A stretch of DNA of 64,000 bases from a virus. Lineage: Duplodnaviria > Caudoviricetes. Under the pieces are notes generated by a model. It was given only the letters and a program-made list of their open reading frames with translations. It ran no database searches and had not been told where the DNA came from. Position numbers and translations under genes: made by a program. Positions 10,341 through 18,737 of this stretch are shown here, piece by piece. Each line of letters starts with the position of its first letter. The stretch's first letter is position 1. The stretch covers positions 15,233 through 79,232 of IMG/VR virus record IMGVR_UViG_641509434_000001; one strand, 5' to 3'.

Positions 10341-10743
10341 TTTAGATTACTCTGTAGATATACAAGGAATAATGACAAAGGATGCTTTGAGTAGAGAAGG
10401 TGCCACACTATCTGGCATTGCTCAAGCAGGTAAAGCAGCTTACAAAAAGACACCCGAAATGTTAAATAAAGCCAAAGGAATGGCTTATGAAAATGTTCCA
10501 TTTGCTAAAAAAGTAGGTAACTTATCAAAATCTAAAGTAGGCTTAGGAGCAGGTATGACAGCTTTGGCTGTTGCACCTGTTGCTATTAGTGCTGCTGATT
10601 CTGCAACAAGAGTCAGCGATTATGCACCTTATGCTGGAGCATCACAGCCTATGCAAACTGACATTTCTGCATTAACAAACAATAATACAAACGATGCATA
10701 CTCTGTAAATACCTCTGGTATTACAAATGCAACTTATCACTAA
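10333..10743 (+). CDS. putative internal virion protein, LDYSVDI leader + SREGA motif
   Basis: AGGAG RBS before ATG 10333; hydrophobic VGLGAGMTALAVAPVAISAA. Confidence 0.7.
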   Translation: MANLDYSVDIQGIMTKDALSREGATLSGIAQAGKAAYKKTPEMLNKAKGMAYENVPFAKKVGNLSKSKVGLGAGMTALAVAPVAISAADSATRVSDYAPYAGASQPMQTDISALTNNNTNDAYSVNTSGITNATYH

Positions 10744-10764
10744 AATAATAGGAGAAATTCAATA

Positions 10765-11478
10765 ATGAACGAATTTGAACAAGGTGTTGAATACACTGAT
10801 GACAACTTAGTAACTATGGTCCAAGAAGACCAAGCTGCAGTGGAAGCTGCTGCTGGTGGAACTGATAAAGACTTCGTAGCAGACACAACTGAAGGAGCTA
10901 ATCCAGAAGGACTCATCGACGAAGATGGTGAAGTAATTCCTGAAGGTGGAGCTCGTGAAGGTGGAGTAGTAGGCGACTATGCTAAAGCTCAAGGTAAAGC
11001 ACAAGTAAATGGTGCTATCCACCCATTGAAATCTAAACGTGCTAAAGCCCAAACTAAAGAAGACCGTTATGCTAATGGGGAAAACGTTGTAAGTCGTAAT
11101 GTACGCCCTTACTCTACTTCAGAACTTAACAAACAAGCTGACCTTGTAAGTAAGAAACCTGGCTATGGTCGTGAAGGTGCAAGTGAAGTAATGGCTCTTG
11201 GTGCTAATGGTCGTCCAATTCTTGACGTAACACCTAAAGCTGGTATGTCAGGTAAAGCTAAAGCAGGTATTGCTGCTGGTATTGGCGCTGCTGCTGCAGG
11301 AGTTGGAGCTGCTGCTTATGCTAAACGCAAACGTGATGAACGTAAAGGCGGAGATGAAGAAATGATTGAAGAACCATTTGTAGAATCAGCACCAGTAGAC
11401 TTTAGTGACCCAGTTGAAGCTAACTATGGATCTATTCAAGCCGCTGTCGGTTACGCAATGCAAGACCACCGTTTATAA
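10765..11478 (+). CDS. acidic putative internal/scaffold protein with AREGG, GREGA and RKGG motifs
   Basis: Acidic N-terminus, Ala/Gly hydrophobic helix; directly upstream of the capsid gene. Confidence 0.7.
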   Translation: MNEFEQGVEYTDDNLVTMVQEDQAAVEAAAGGTDKDFVADTTEGANPEGLIDEDGEVIPEGGAREGGVVGDYAKAQGKAQVNGAIHPLKSKRAKAQTKEDRYANGENVVSRNVRPYSTSELNKQADLVSKKPGYGREGASEVMALGANGRPILDVTPKAGMSGKAKAGIAAGIGAAAAGVGAAAYAKRKRDERKGGDEEMIEEPFVESAPVDFSDPVEANYGSIQAAVGYAMQDHRL

Positions 11479-11503
11479 GAATTATTAATATAGAATAATG
11501 TTT

Positions 11504-11560
11504 AATATAATTATACGTAAAGCCTAGAAACTTAACCTCAGGATAACCGTCTAATTATAT
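11504..11560. promoter_or_regulatory. dyad element, inverted copy of the 16158/18474 repeat, upstream of major capsid gene
   Basis: Reverse complement reads CGGTTATCCTGAG-GTTAAGTT-TCTAGGCTTTACG-TATAATTATATT. Confidence 0.55.
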
Positions 11561-11581
11561 ATAATTTAAGGAGAAAATTAA

Positions 11582-12916
11582 ATGCCATCAATTTCATCAA
11601 TCGGAGCTGGTTCACAAGCTTCTATCGCACATTCAACTGCTAATGCAAACATCCAATCAGACTGGACTGATGCATTGTTAATGACACAACATAGCAAACT
11701 CTATGTTGACTATGGTTCAAACATGAACCCATTGTCTGACTTCGTTACTCACAACGATACTCAATTCGGTGGTTTCATCCAAATGTTCGGTCTTAACTTG
11801 GCTACTGCTCACTACGCAAACAGCCCATCTAAGATCCGTGACGTAAACCCTGCTGTCCTTGAATCTCCAAGTATCATTGCAGAAATCGTTAAGAAAGAAC
11901 GTTCTGCTAAATTCTTGCTTTCAATCGACGAATCAGAAGTTATCAAAATCAACTCTTCACCAGCTGAAGAAGCTGCCTTCATTGAAGCCAACGTTGCTAA
12001 CTTGTACAAATCTAACTCATATGACGAATACTTCCACCTTGGTGGTATCTTGCTTGAGTCTGTAACTGGTCACGTATTCAACGTACAACTTATCAAAGAT
12101 CCAGCTAAATCTGATGCTGTTGCATTCAAACAAGTAGCTAAATCACTTAATGTGGCTGCTGCTGAAATGCTCTTGCCAACTGCAAACTACAACCCTTACG
12201 GACGTATTGTTGCAACTGACTCTGTTGATAACCTCCGCTTCATCACTACACCTGGTACTCAATTTGAAGTTAATGCTTGGCTTGCTGACCGTTACCACAA
12301 AACACTTGTTGACATGGGTGTCCAAACTACATTGGTTACTGAAGACCTCTTCGCTGAACGTTGGATCTATGCTACTGCACACACTGCAACTGCACAAGAC
12401 TTCACTGTTCAAGCTGACAGTACTCGTTGGTTAGACCCATTCACATTCGCTGTTAATGATGTTATCCCTGCTGGTTCATACGCTATGCCAGGTGCTGAAG
12501 GAGCTGTCCCAGTTGTTTCAGAAGCTGATGCTAAACGTTTCGTAGGAGCATTGTTAGACGAACGTGCATTTGGTCTCCGTGACCGTATCCCTGCTGCATT
12601 GTACCCAGAACGTTCAAATCGTGGTTTGGTATCAAACATCTGGTTGCAAGTACGTCAATGGGCTTACTCAACAGGTCTTGTTAATACTCTTGCATTCTAT
12701 GCAGAGTTGGATGCAGAACCTAAACTTACAGGTGCGGGTACATGGGTAGACGGTACAGATAATCGTACTATCTTGTTCGATGCATCTGCTGTATCTGGTG
12801 TTAAAGTAGGTGACTACGTAACATTCACAGTTGATAGTAAAGAAGTTGTCGGCTCAGTAGCTAAAGTTGACGGTGCCAACTCTTACGCTACAGTAGCAAT
12901 TGGTCTTAACAAATAG
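11582..12916 (+). CDS. major capsid protein (phi29-like) with C-terminal beta-rich extension
   Basis: 444 aa; strongly biased highly-expressed codon usage (TTC, AAC, ATC); TQFGGFIQ and SNRGLVSNIWL resemble phi29-family capsids; followed by a terminator. Confidence 0.75.
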   Translation: MPSISSIGAGSQASIAHSTANANIQSDWTDALLMTQHSKLYVDYGSNMNPLSDFVTHNDTQFGGFIQMFGLNLATAHYANSPSKIRDVNPAVLESPSIIAEIVKKERSAKFLLSIDESEVIKINSSPAEEAAFIEANVANLYKSNSYDEYFHLGGILLESVTGHVFNVQLIKDPAKSDAVAFKQVAKSLNVAAAEMLLPTANYNPYGRIVATDSVDNLRFITTPGTQFEVNAWLADRYHKTLVDMGVQTTLVTEDLFAERWIYATAHTATAQDFTVQADSTRWLDPFTFAVNDVIPAGSYAMPGAEGAVPVVSEADAKRFVGALLDERAFGLRDRIPAALYPERSNRGLVSNIWLQVRQWAYSTGLVNTLAFYAELDAEPKLTGAGTWVDGTDNRTILFDASAVSGVKVGDYVTFTVDSKEVVGSVAKVDGANSYATVAIGLNK

Positions 12917-12920
12917 ACCT

Positions 12921-12990
12921 AAAAGAGCTTAGGCTCTTTTATCAGCATATGACAACTCTCCTGTCATGTGTTGGTAAAAGAGCCTATTTT
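12921..12990 (+). terminator. terminator hairpin overlapping a longer ~25-bp stem-loop
   Basis: AAAAGAGC-TTAG-GCTCTTTT; alternative stem 12930-12986 with loop ACTCTCC. Confidence 0.6.
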
Positions 12991-13020
12991 CTTAATATTA
13001 CATTTTAAGGAGAAATAAAT

Positions 13021-13233
13021 ATGACATATAGCCCATTTGAGTCATTGAACTCAGACAGAATTACAGATACAAAAGAGGCTGCTGACTATCTTATTGCAGA
13101 TGTCTTAAACCGCCCTGTAACTTATCCAGAATTTGATAGCAAAGGCAATCCAATTCCAAGTTATCTAGGTCGTGTTTCAGATAAAATTGTAAATGGTCAG
13201 GACCGTGCAGTTAAAGTGAAAGGAATGAAATAA
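13021..13233 (+). CDS. small hypothetical virion protein
   Basis: AAGGAG RBS, 70 aa. Confidence 0.65.
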   Translation: MTYSPFESLNSDRITDTKEAADYLIADVLNRPVTYPEFDSKGNPIPSYLGRVSDKIVNGQDRAVKVKGMK

Positions 13234-13682
13234 TGAATAGATTAGATTATCATGTTGACATCACCAACAAAATCGAAAAATGTGATGGTCGTGAAGGAGC
13301 CCGTCAAGGTGCTTTAGGTGATGTTAAAGATCAAATGATGATTGCTCAACAACAAGCAATGGCTAAACAAAAAGCTGAAGCTCAACAGCAAGCTCAAATT
13401 TCTACCATTCGTGCAACACAAGCTGCACAAGATATTCCTGTAATCAATCAACAAGAACAACAAATTAATGTTCTTACTCAATCATTGCAAGATGCTCAAT
13501 CACAAAATATGCAATTACAAGGTGCAGTTCAAGAAGCTACTGCAGTAGCACAAGATGCTCAAGCACAAGCTGACCAAGCTGCCAATGTTATTAATACAGC
13601 TAATGTATTGACACAAATGCAAGCAGAGAACCCAGACTCTCCAGTTATCTTGGCTGCTGCCAATGATGCTACAGGAGAGTAG
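13233..13682 (+). CDS. Q/A-rich coiled-coil protein, LDYHVDI leader + GREGARQGA
   Basis: MNRLDYHVDITNKIEKCDGREGARQGALG. Confidence 0.7.
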   Translation: MNRLDYHVDITNKIEKCDGREGARQGALGDVKDQMMIAQQQAMAKQKAEAQQQAQISTIRATQAAQDIPVINQQEQQINVLTQSLQDAQSQNMQLQGAVQEATAVAQDAQAQADQAANVINTANVLTQMQAENPDSPVILAAANDATGE

Positions 13683-13694
13683 ATAAGGAGACTT

Positions 13695-13916
13695 ATGGAT
13701 ACTCAATCTTTACTTAAAAGAGACGATAATATCTTTGCTACAACTGGTCTCATTATGAATGAGTTTCAAGACCCTGATGCTCACAGAAGTGTCTATGAGC
13801 GTCATTGTGGTAGGCTTGGTGGGGGCTATGCAGGAAGTGGTAGTGTAACAACTTACGCTACTGAAGCAAGTCCTTGTCAAGACATTATTGATTTCGTTAT
13901 GAAAGGTGGCATGTAA
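13695..13916 (+). CDS. small protein with GRLGG motif
   Basis: AAGGAG RBS, 73 aa. Confidence 0.6.
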   Translation: MDTQSLLKRDDNIFATTGLIMNEFQDPDAHRSVYERHCGRLGGGYAGSGSVTTYATEASPCQDIIDFVMKGGM

Positions 13917-13964
13917 TATGTCATCTGGAGAGAAACTATAAGAAAGAAATAAAGAAGGAAATTA

Positions 13965-14828
13965 ATGTTGATTACAGCAGCAGGTAAAATAGGTGCAGGT
14001 AAAAGTGCACTAACTGCCATGTTGGCAGATGTTTTAGATACAAAAGCTATATATGAACCAATTGATGACAACCCTCTTCTAGAGAAATTCTATGAAGATA
14101 AAGATACTTATGGGTTTGTATTTCAAATAGACATGATTAGTCGTAGATTTGAATTGATTCAACAAGCATTACTACAAAATAATTCAGTACTTGATAGATC
14201 TATCTTGGAAGATTCAATCTTCTTAGACCAACTATTTCTTGAAGGACATGTGAATAAATATGAACATAGAGCTTATCACAAATTACTCGACAGAATGATG
14301 TTAGAACTAGATGTTCTACCAAAGAAACGACCAGATCTTCTTGTTTATATTGATGTCCCCTTTGATAAGGAAATTGAGCGTATCAATAAAAGAGCAAGAG
14401 CATTTGAGAAAGTATCAGAAGGGACAGAACTCTGGGATTATTTTGCAATGCATTCTAAAATGTATGACAAATGGATAAACGAATTTAACGAGTGTCCAGT
14501 CTATACAATTGATGCAATGAAATATGACTATGTCGAAAACGAACAAGACCGTATCGAAGTTCTTGAAAACATTGTTGCTAAACTTGTAACAATTGGAGCA
14601 TTAAGCTTTAAAGAAGCCACACTTGCATACTGTAAAATAAATAATGCAGCACCTACAATTGTAGCAATAACTTTATATAACAAAATTCAGAAATTGCTTG
14701 ACGGCAAATATGAATATCACAACTTGGCTAATCTATATGACTTGAACATTCAAACCATAGATAGCTTACAAGAACTCATTAGAAAAGAAAACGAAGGTAA
14801 TAAATGTTCAGTCATATCAAACACATAA
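13965..14828 (+). CDS. deoxynucleoside kinase (dNK family)
   Basis: P-loop GKIGAGKS, YEP, LDRSILED, PDLLVYID, ERINKRARAFE. Confidence 0.9.
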   Translation: MLITAAGKIGAGKSALTAMLADVLDTKAIYEPIDDNPLLEKFYEDKDTYGFVFQIDMISRRFELIQQALLQNNSVLDRSILEDSIFLDQLFLEGHVNKYEHRAYHKLLDRMMLELDVLPKKRPDLLVYIDVPFDKEIERINKRARAFEKVSEGTELWDYFAMHSKMYDKWINEFNECPVYTIDAMKYDYVENEQDRIEVLENIVAKLVTIGALSFKEATLAYCKINNAAPTIVAITLYNKIQKLLDGKYEYHNLANLYDLNIQTIDSLQELIRKENEGNKCSVISNT

Positions 14829-15553
14829 CAAAGCATGAAGTCGCAAATAATATCAAACAATTATTCACACTAAGATATTACAAAGATGGTTTATCAGGAT
14901 GGACACCACAATCAAGAATTTTGTGGTTAATTGGTCTTGCAGTAATCTTTGTAACTGCTGCTCCACATGGGTTTGATTCTATCAATGTAATTGCTACATT
15001 GGGAGGTATGATTGGCTTTACTTGTACAATGACTATTACTAATGGTAAATCAGTCAACGGTATCTTAGGTTTTATTAGTGCGATTCTTATATCAACAGTA
15101 GCTATCCATTCAGGTAACTACGCTGATGTATCAATGCAATCAATGTATATCTTATTCTTAGACTTACCAATTATGTTATTTGGTAACCAATGGTCTCAAG
15201 CTAAGATTAAAGCATTTGATATGAACGCTGTAAAACTTATTCTTGCTGTTGCTATCATTGGTTTCAGTCTTATGTATGTATTAGATACAAGCGTATTTCT
15301 TAGTCCACGTCCAATGATTGACTCAATATCAGCTACAACAGGTTTTGTTGGATTATTCTTGATGTTGGGTAAATACAGAGCTCAATATGTAGCATGGATG
15401 CTTGGTTCTGTTATCTCCATTACATTGTGGTTAATGACTGCTTTGCAAGGCGATGCAAACTGGGTAATGTTTGCTACATATTGTGTATACATGTCATCAT
15501 CACTGATTGGAATGTTCTGGTCAGTATGGTCACATCCAGAAAAGGTAAACTAA
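14804..15553 (+). CDS. pnuC: PnuC-family nucleoside / nicotinamide-riboside transporter
   Basis: Multi-pass membrane protein with PMIDSISA and QYVAW motifs; adjacent to dNK. Confidence 0.8.
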   Translation: MFSHIKHITKHEVANNIKQLFTLRYYKDGLSGWTPQSRILWLIGLAVIFVTAAPHGFDSINVIATLGGMIGFTCTMTITNGKSVNGILGFISAILISTVAIHSGNYADVSMQSMYILFLDLPIMLFGNQWSQAKIKAFDMNAVKLILAVAIIGFSLMYVLDTSVFLSPRPMIDSISATTGFVGLFLMLGKYRAQYVAWMLGSVISITLWLMTALQGDANWVMFATYCVYMSSSLIGMFWSVWSHPEKVN

Positions 15554-16153
15554 ATGTTCGATAAAGATGCAATCAAAAAGGACATGCTTAAACTAGCAGA
15601 ACAATTTGAAGGACATCCTGTTGACTATGATGCAAAGGATGGTCCTCAATGTGCTGACTTTTCTGCATTCCTTATTAAAAATACTACTGGTAAAACTATC
15701 TGGGGTAATGCAATTGAAACAGATAACAAAGAAAATATCAACATTATCAATGAAAACCCAAATGTTGAAGCCAAACATGTTGACCCACATGAAATTGCTG
15801 AAGGTGACTTGTTAGTCGAATCTAATAGTAACCCGAAGGTCGGTCACGTTTCTCTTATTGATAAAATTCATGACGATGGTACAGTAACTGTCTATGAACA
15901 AAACTTGGATGGTGATGCTACCGGCCCAAACCCACTGGGTGTACAAAAGCATACTAGAAAGTTAGCTGACTTTGATGGCTGGGGTAGAGTAATGGGTGCA
16001 TTACGTATCGAAGCTATACCTGAAGAGAAACAATGGGTACGCAACCCTAATTCTCGTCGTAACGGGCAACTGCAACGTGCGGGTAGCCGACAAGGTGGAG
16101 CCTATTCTAGTATCACTAGTCTATATGAACAGTTAGGTATGACGTTTAAGTAA
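15554..16153 (+). CDS. stand-alone CHAP-domain cysteine hydrolase with C-terminal SRQGG motif
   Basis: DYDAKDGPQCADF (catalytic Cys), WGNA, GHVSLI (His), VYEQN. Confidence 0.85.
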   Translation: MFDKDAIKKDMLKLAEQFEGHPVDYDAKDGPQCADFSAFLIKNTTGKTIWGNAIETDNKENINIINENPNVEAKHVDPHEIAEGDLLVESNSNPKVGHVSLIDKIHDDGTVTVYEQNLDGDATGPNPLGVQKHTRKLADFDGWGRVMGALRIEAIPEEKQWVRNPNSRRNGQLQRAGSRQGGAYSSITSLYEQLGMTFK

Positions 16154-16157
16154 TCAG

Positions 16158-16210
16158 GCGGTTATTCTATGATTAAGTTCATAGATAAGCGGTATAATTA
16201 TATTAAAAGA
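16158..16210 (+). promoter_or_regulatory. 53-bp repeated dyad element followed by TATAAT (putative late promoter/operator)
   Basis: 46/53 identical to 18474-18526. Confidence 0.6.
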
Positions 16211-16241
16211 GATACTATAAAATTAAATAGAAAGGAATATA

Positions 16242-16964
16242 ATGTGTGATAAAATAGATGGCTGGAACCCAGCCGACATTGAAGCAGGTGGTAATGGAAT
16301 TGAAGGCTATCAAGCCATGAATGGTATGTATGATTTAACTCATTCAGAAGATAGTGCTCGTGAAGGAGGTATGTTTCGTAAAGCTAAACATCCTATTCCA
16401 CAAATACAAGCTGATGAAGATGAGTATATGGACGACTTTAAAGCTTATGAAGACTTTATGTCTAATAACGAAAGTGAAGACTCAGAAGGTGGTGCCCGTG
16501 AGGGTGGTTTCATTAAAGATGCCACAACTGTTGACTCTAACTCAACTGGTGTAGCTGATACAGTCAAGAAAGGTGTAGATGCTATTGGAATCGGTAAGAT
16601 TCCATTTGTAGGCGGAGCTGCTAAATTCATTGCTGGCGATGTGGTAGGTGGACTTGCTGATGATGCAGTAAATGTTGTAGGACATGGTACTGCTGCAGCT
16701 GCAGATGCTATCAAAGGAGATACATCAAAGGCTGCTGGTCAACTTAAATCTGCTGCTATGCCTGCTTTCAACTTAGGTCTTACTGCTGCTACTGCTGGTG
16801 CAGGTGGAGCATTAGCTAAAGGTGGAGCTAAAGCTGCTGGTGCAGCTATGGCTAAGACTGCTGCTAAAGAACCACTTACATTAGTACAAGCTGGTATGTC
16901 TGGCTTACAAGACATTCAAGATAGAAATATTGATCAAAATAATTTACAAGACAATTTAAACTAA
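16242..16964 (+). CDS. putative internal/ejection protein with two AREGG motifs
   Basis: Acidic N-terminal segments end at SAREGG and GAREGG; Ala/Gly-rich amphipathic C-terminal half. Confidence 0.7.
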   Translation: MCDKIDGWNPADIEAGGNGIEGYQAMNGMYDLTHSEDSAREGGMFRKAKHPIPQIQADEDEYMDDFKAYEDFMSNNESEDSEGGAREGGFIKDATTVDSNSTGVADTVKKGVDAIGIGKIPFVGGAAKFIAGDVVGGLADDAVNVVGHGTAAAADAIKGDTSKAAGQLKSAAMPAFNLGLTAATAGAGGALAKGGAKAAGAAMAKTAAKEPLTLVQAGMSGLQDIQDRNIDQNNLQDNLN

Positions 16965-16974
16965 AGGAGTCATT

Positions 16975-17478
16975 ATGGTAACAAAATATCAAGTTAAAGA
17001 TGCTTTGAGAACTAACAAACAAAAAGTAGAAGCAGAACTTAAATATAATCAAACTTTTATTGCACAACCAGGTTTAGTAATCTCAGAAGAAACACTTAAG
17101 TTTATTCAAGATGAAATTAAGGCAATGCAAGACTACTCTAAAGCATTGGGCAATCTCATTGTAGATATTAATACTTCAGACTTTAAAGAGTCAAATAAAG
17201 ATACTATTAAAGATCCAATTAAAGTAACTAGTGTTATTATCACTCCAGATACAGCTACAATTAAAATAGGTGAAACAACTAAACTTAACTCTACAGTATT
17301 GCCTGATAATGCTGACAACAAAGAAGTAACATTCAAATCTTCAAATGAAGCAGTTGCTACAGTAGATGGTACTGGTCTTGTAACTGGTGTTTCTAATGGA
17401 GAAGCTGACATCACAGTAACAACTACGGATGGTAGCTTTACTAAAACAGCTAAGATTACTGTGAATACAGCAGTATAA
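16975..17478 (+). CDS. Ig-like (Big_2) domain virion protein
   Basis: VTSVIITP...KSSNEAVATVDGTGLVTGVSNGEADITVTTTDG. Confidence 0.85.
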   Translation: MVTKYQVKDALRTNKQKVEAELKYNQTFIAQPGLVISEETLKFIQDEIKAMQDYSKALGNLIVDINTSDFKESNKDTIKDPIKVTSVIITPDTATIKIGETTKLNSTVLPDNADNKEVTFKSSNEAVATVDGTGLVTGVSNGEADITVTTTDGSFTKTAKITVNTAV

Positions 17479-17494
17479 TAACAAGGAGTAAACT

Positions 17495-18469
17495 ATGGTC
17501 AATGTAATTGGAGGTAATGGTTTCTTCCCATTTGGTGGTGCATCTAACCTAGGTACTGGTTATATGTCACAGCCTCTTGAGGGAAATCAAGGACCTCATG
17601 AACATCTGGCCCATCGTAGATACGAAACTCGTATGACTACGAGAGACTTACTACTTGGGCTTTCAGACTATCCTGATAATAGATTATATGTTCCTACTGA
17701 AGAACTCTTAGATGAAGTATTTGACCAACTTATCGAGATTACTAGAATTAAACCTCTAGTAGTCTTCAATGATAAAGAAATGGACTCACAACTTACATAT
17801 AAGATTATGGAAGACATATTTGTATTGACTGAAGATAGAGAAATATTAAAAGACACAGCTGGTGCTTGGTTTAGAATGTTTGCAGCTACTTGGCATAGAT
17901 ATGCTGAGCTGGATGAACAGCATCTAAGACAAATATTCCAAGGTATTTACCGTGATCACGATAGTACTAGTAATGCACAAAGTAGCTCTAGTGGCGGTAG
18001 TACAAGTACTTCTGAAAATACAAGCAAGAACCAATCAACTAATGATGGGCAATCAGATTCTGATAGTAAGTCAGATTCTGCTTCTGTTGGTACTACTGAC
18101 TCTGATGCGAAGAACATATTAAGTACTATGCCTCAAGACAAAGTATTTATTAAGGGCGACCCATTAGTACAGGATGTAGAGTATGCAGATAATGTAACAA
18201 TGAATACAAGCCAGGGTAGAGATAACTCTAGTCAGAAATCATCTAACTTATCAGCATCACATGACTGGTCTTGGAATGGTAGTAGTTCTGGCTCGTATGG
18301 TCGCAATGTAGGCTCTAATACTAGTCATAGTAACAACCAATCTCATTCTCAAGGTATGTCACAATCAGTTTATAACACTTATAGACAATGGCACGACAGC
18401 TCTCTTGATATGACAGGTGGTATGTATTACCAACTAGTACGTGCTGGGCTTTGGTCTATGTTCTGTTAA
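17495..18469 (+). CDS. phi29-like lower collar protein
   Basis: S/T/N-rich low-complexity middle containing STMPQ and EYAD, and a C-terminal LWSMF-like end typical of the lower collar family. Confidence 0.65.
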   Translation: MVNVIGGNGFFPFGGASNLGTGYMSQPLEGNQGPHEHLAHRRYETRMTTRDLLLGLSDYPDNRLYVPTEELLDEVFDQLIEITRIKPLVVFNDKEMDSQLTYKIMEDIFVLTEDREILKDTAGAWFRMFAATWHRYAELDEQHLRQIFQGIYRDHDSTSNAQSSSSGGSTSTSENTSKNQSTNDGQSDSDSKSDSASVGTTDSDAKNILSTMPQDKVFIKGDPLVQDVEYADNVTMNTSQGRDNSSQKSSNLSASHDWSWNGSSSGSYGRNVGSNTSHSNNQSHSQGMSQSVYNTYRQWHDSSLDMTGGMYYQLVRAGLWSMFC

Positions 18470-18473
18470 TCTT

Positions 18474-18526
18474 GCGGTTAATCTAAGATTAAGTTCCTTG
18501 ATTATCCGTATAATTATATTAAAAGA
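18474..18526 (+). promoter_or_regulatory. 53-bp repeated dyad element followed by TATAAT
   Basis: CGGTTAATCTAAG-ATTAAGTT-CCTTGATTATCCG-TATAATTATATT. Confidence 0.6.
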
Positions 18527-18540
18527 TATGGAGAAATTCA

Positions 18541-18729
18541 ATGTCAATTATAGATCCTATTGCAGGACAATCTAAGATAACAACAAGTATAAATAATAAA
18601 GACAGAGGTTTTAATGTGGAAATGGAGATAAGTGGACTTCCTACTACTAATCTTATTCCATTTAATACTAAAGAAGAAAATACACTTAATGGTGTATATA
18701 ATTTGTCTTTAGCAGATACAGATAAATAG
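18541..18729 (+). CDS. small hypothetical protein
   Basis: GGAG RBS, 62 aa. Confidence 0.6.
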   Translation: MSIIDPIAGQSKITTSINNKDRGFNVEMEISGLPTTNLIPFNTKEENTLNGVYNLSLADTDK

Positions 18730-18737
18730 GAGAGAAA

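Noticed and set aside
4840-16964. RxGG proteins as bacteriocin/RiPP precursors or ubiquitin-like modifiers
   Set aside because: No ABC/C39 exporter, modification enzymes or E1/E2-like genes; the motifs are internal and the genes are interleaved with connector and capsid genes
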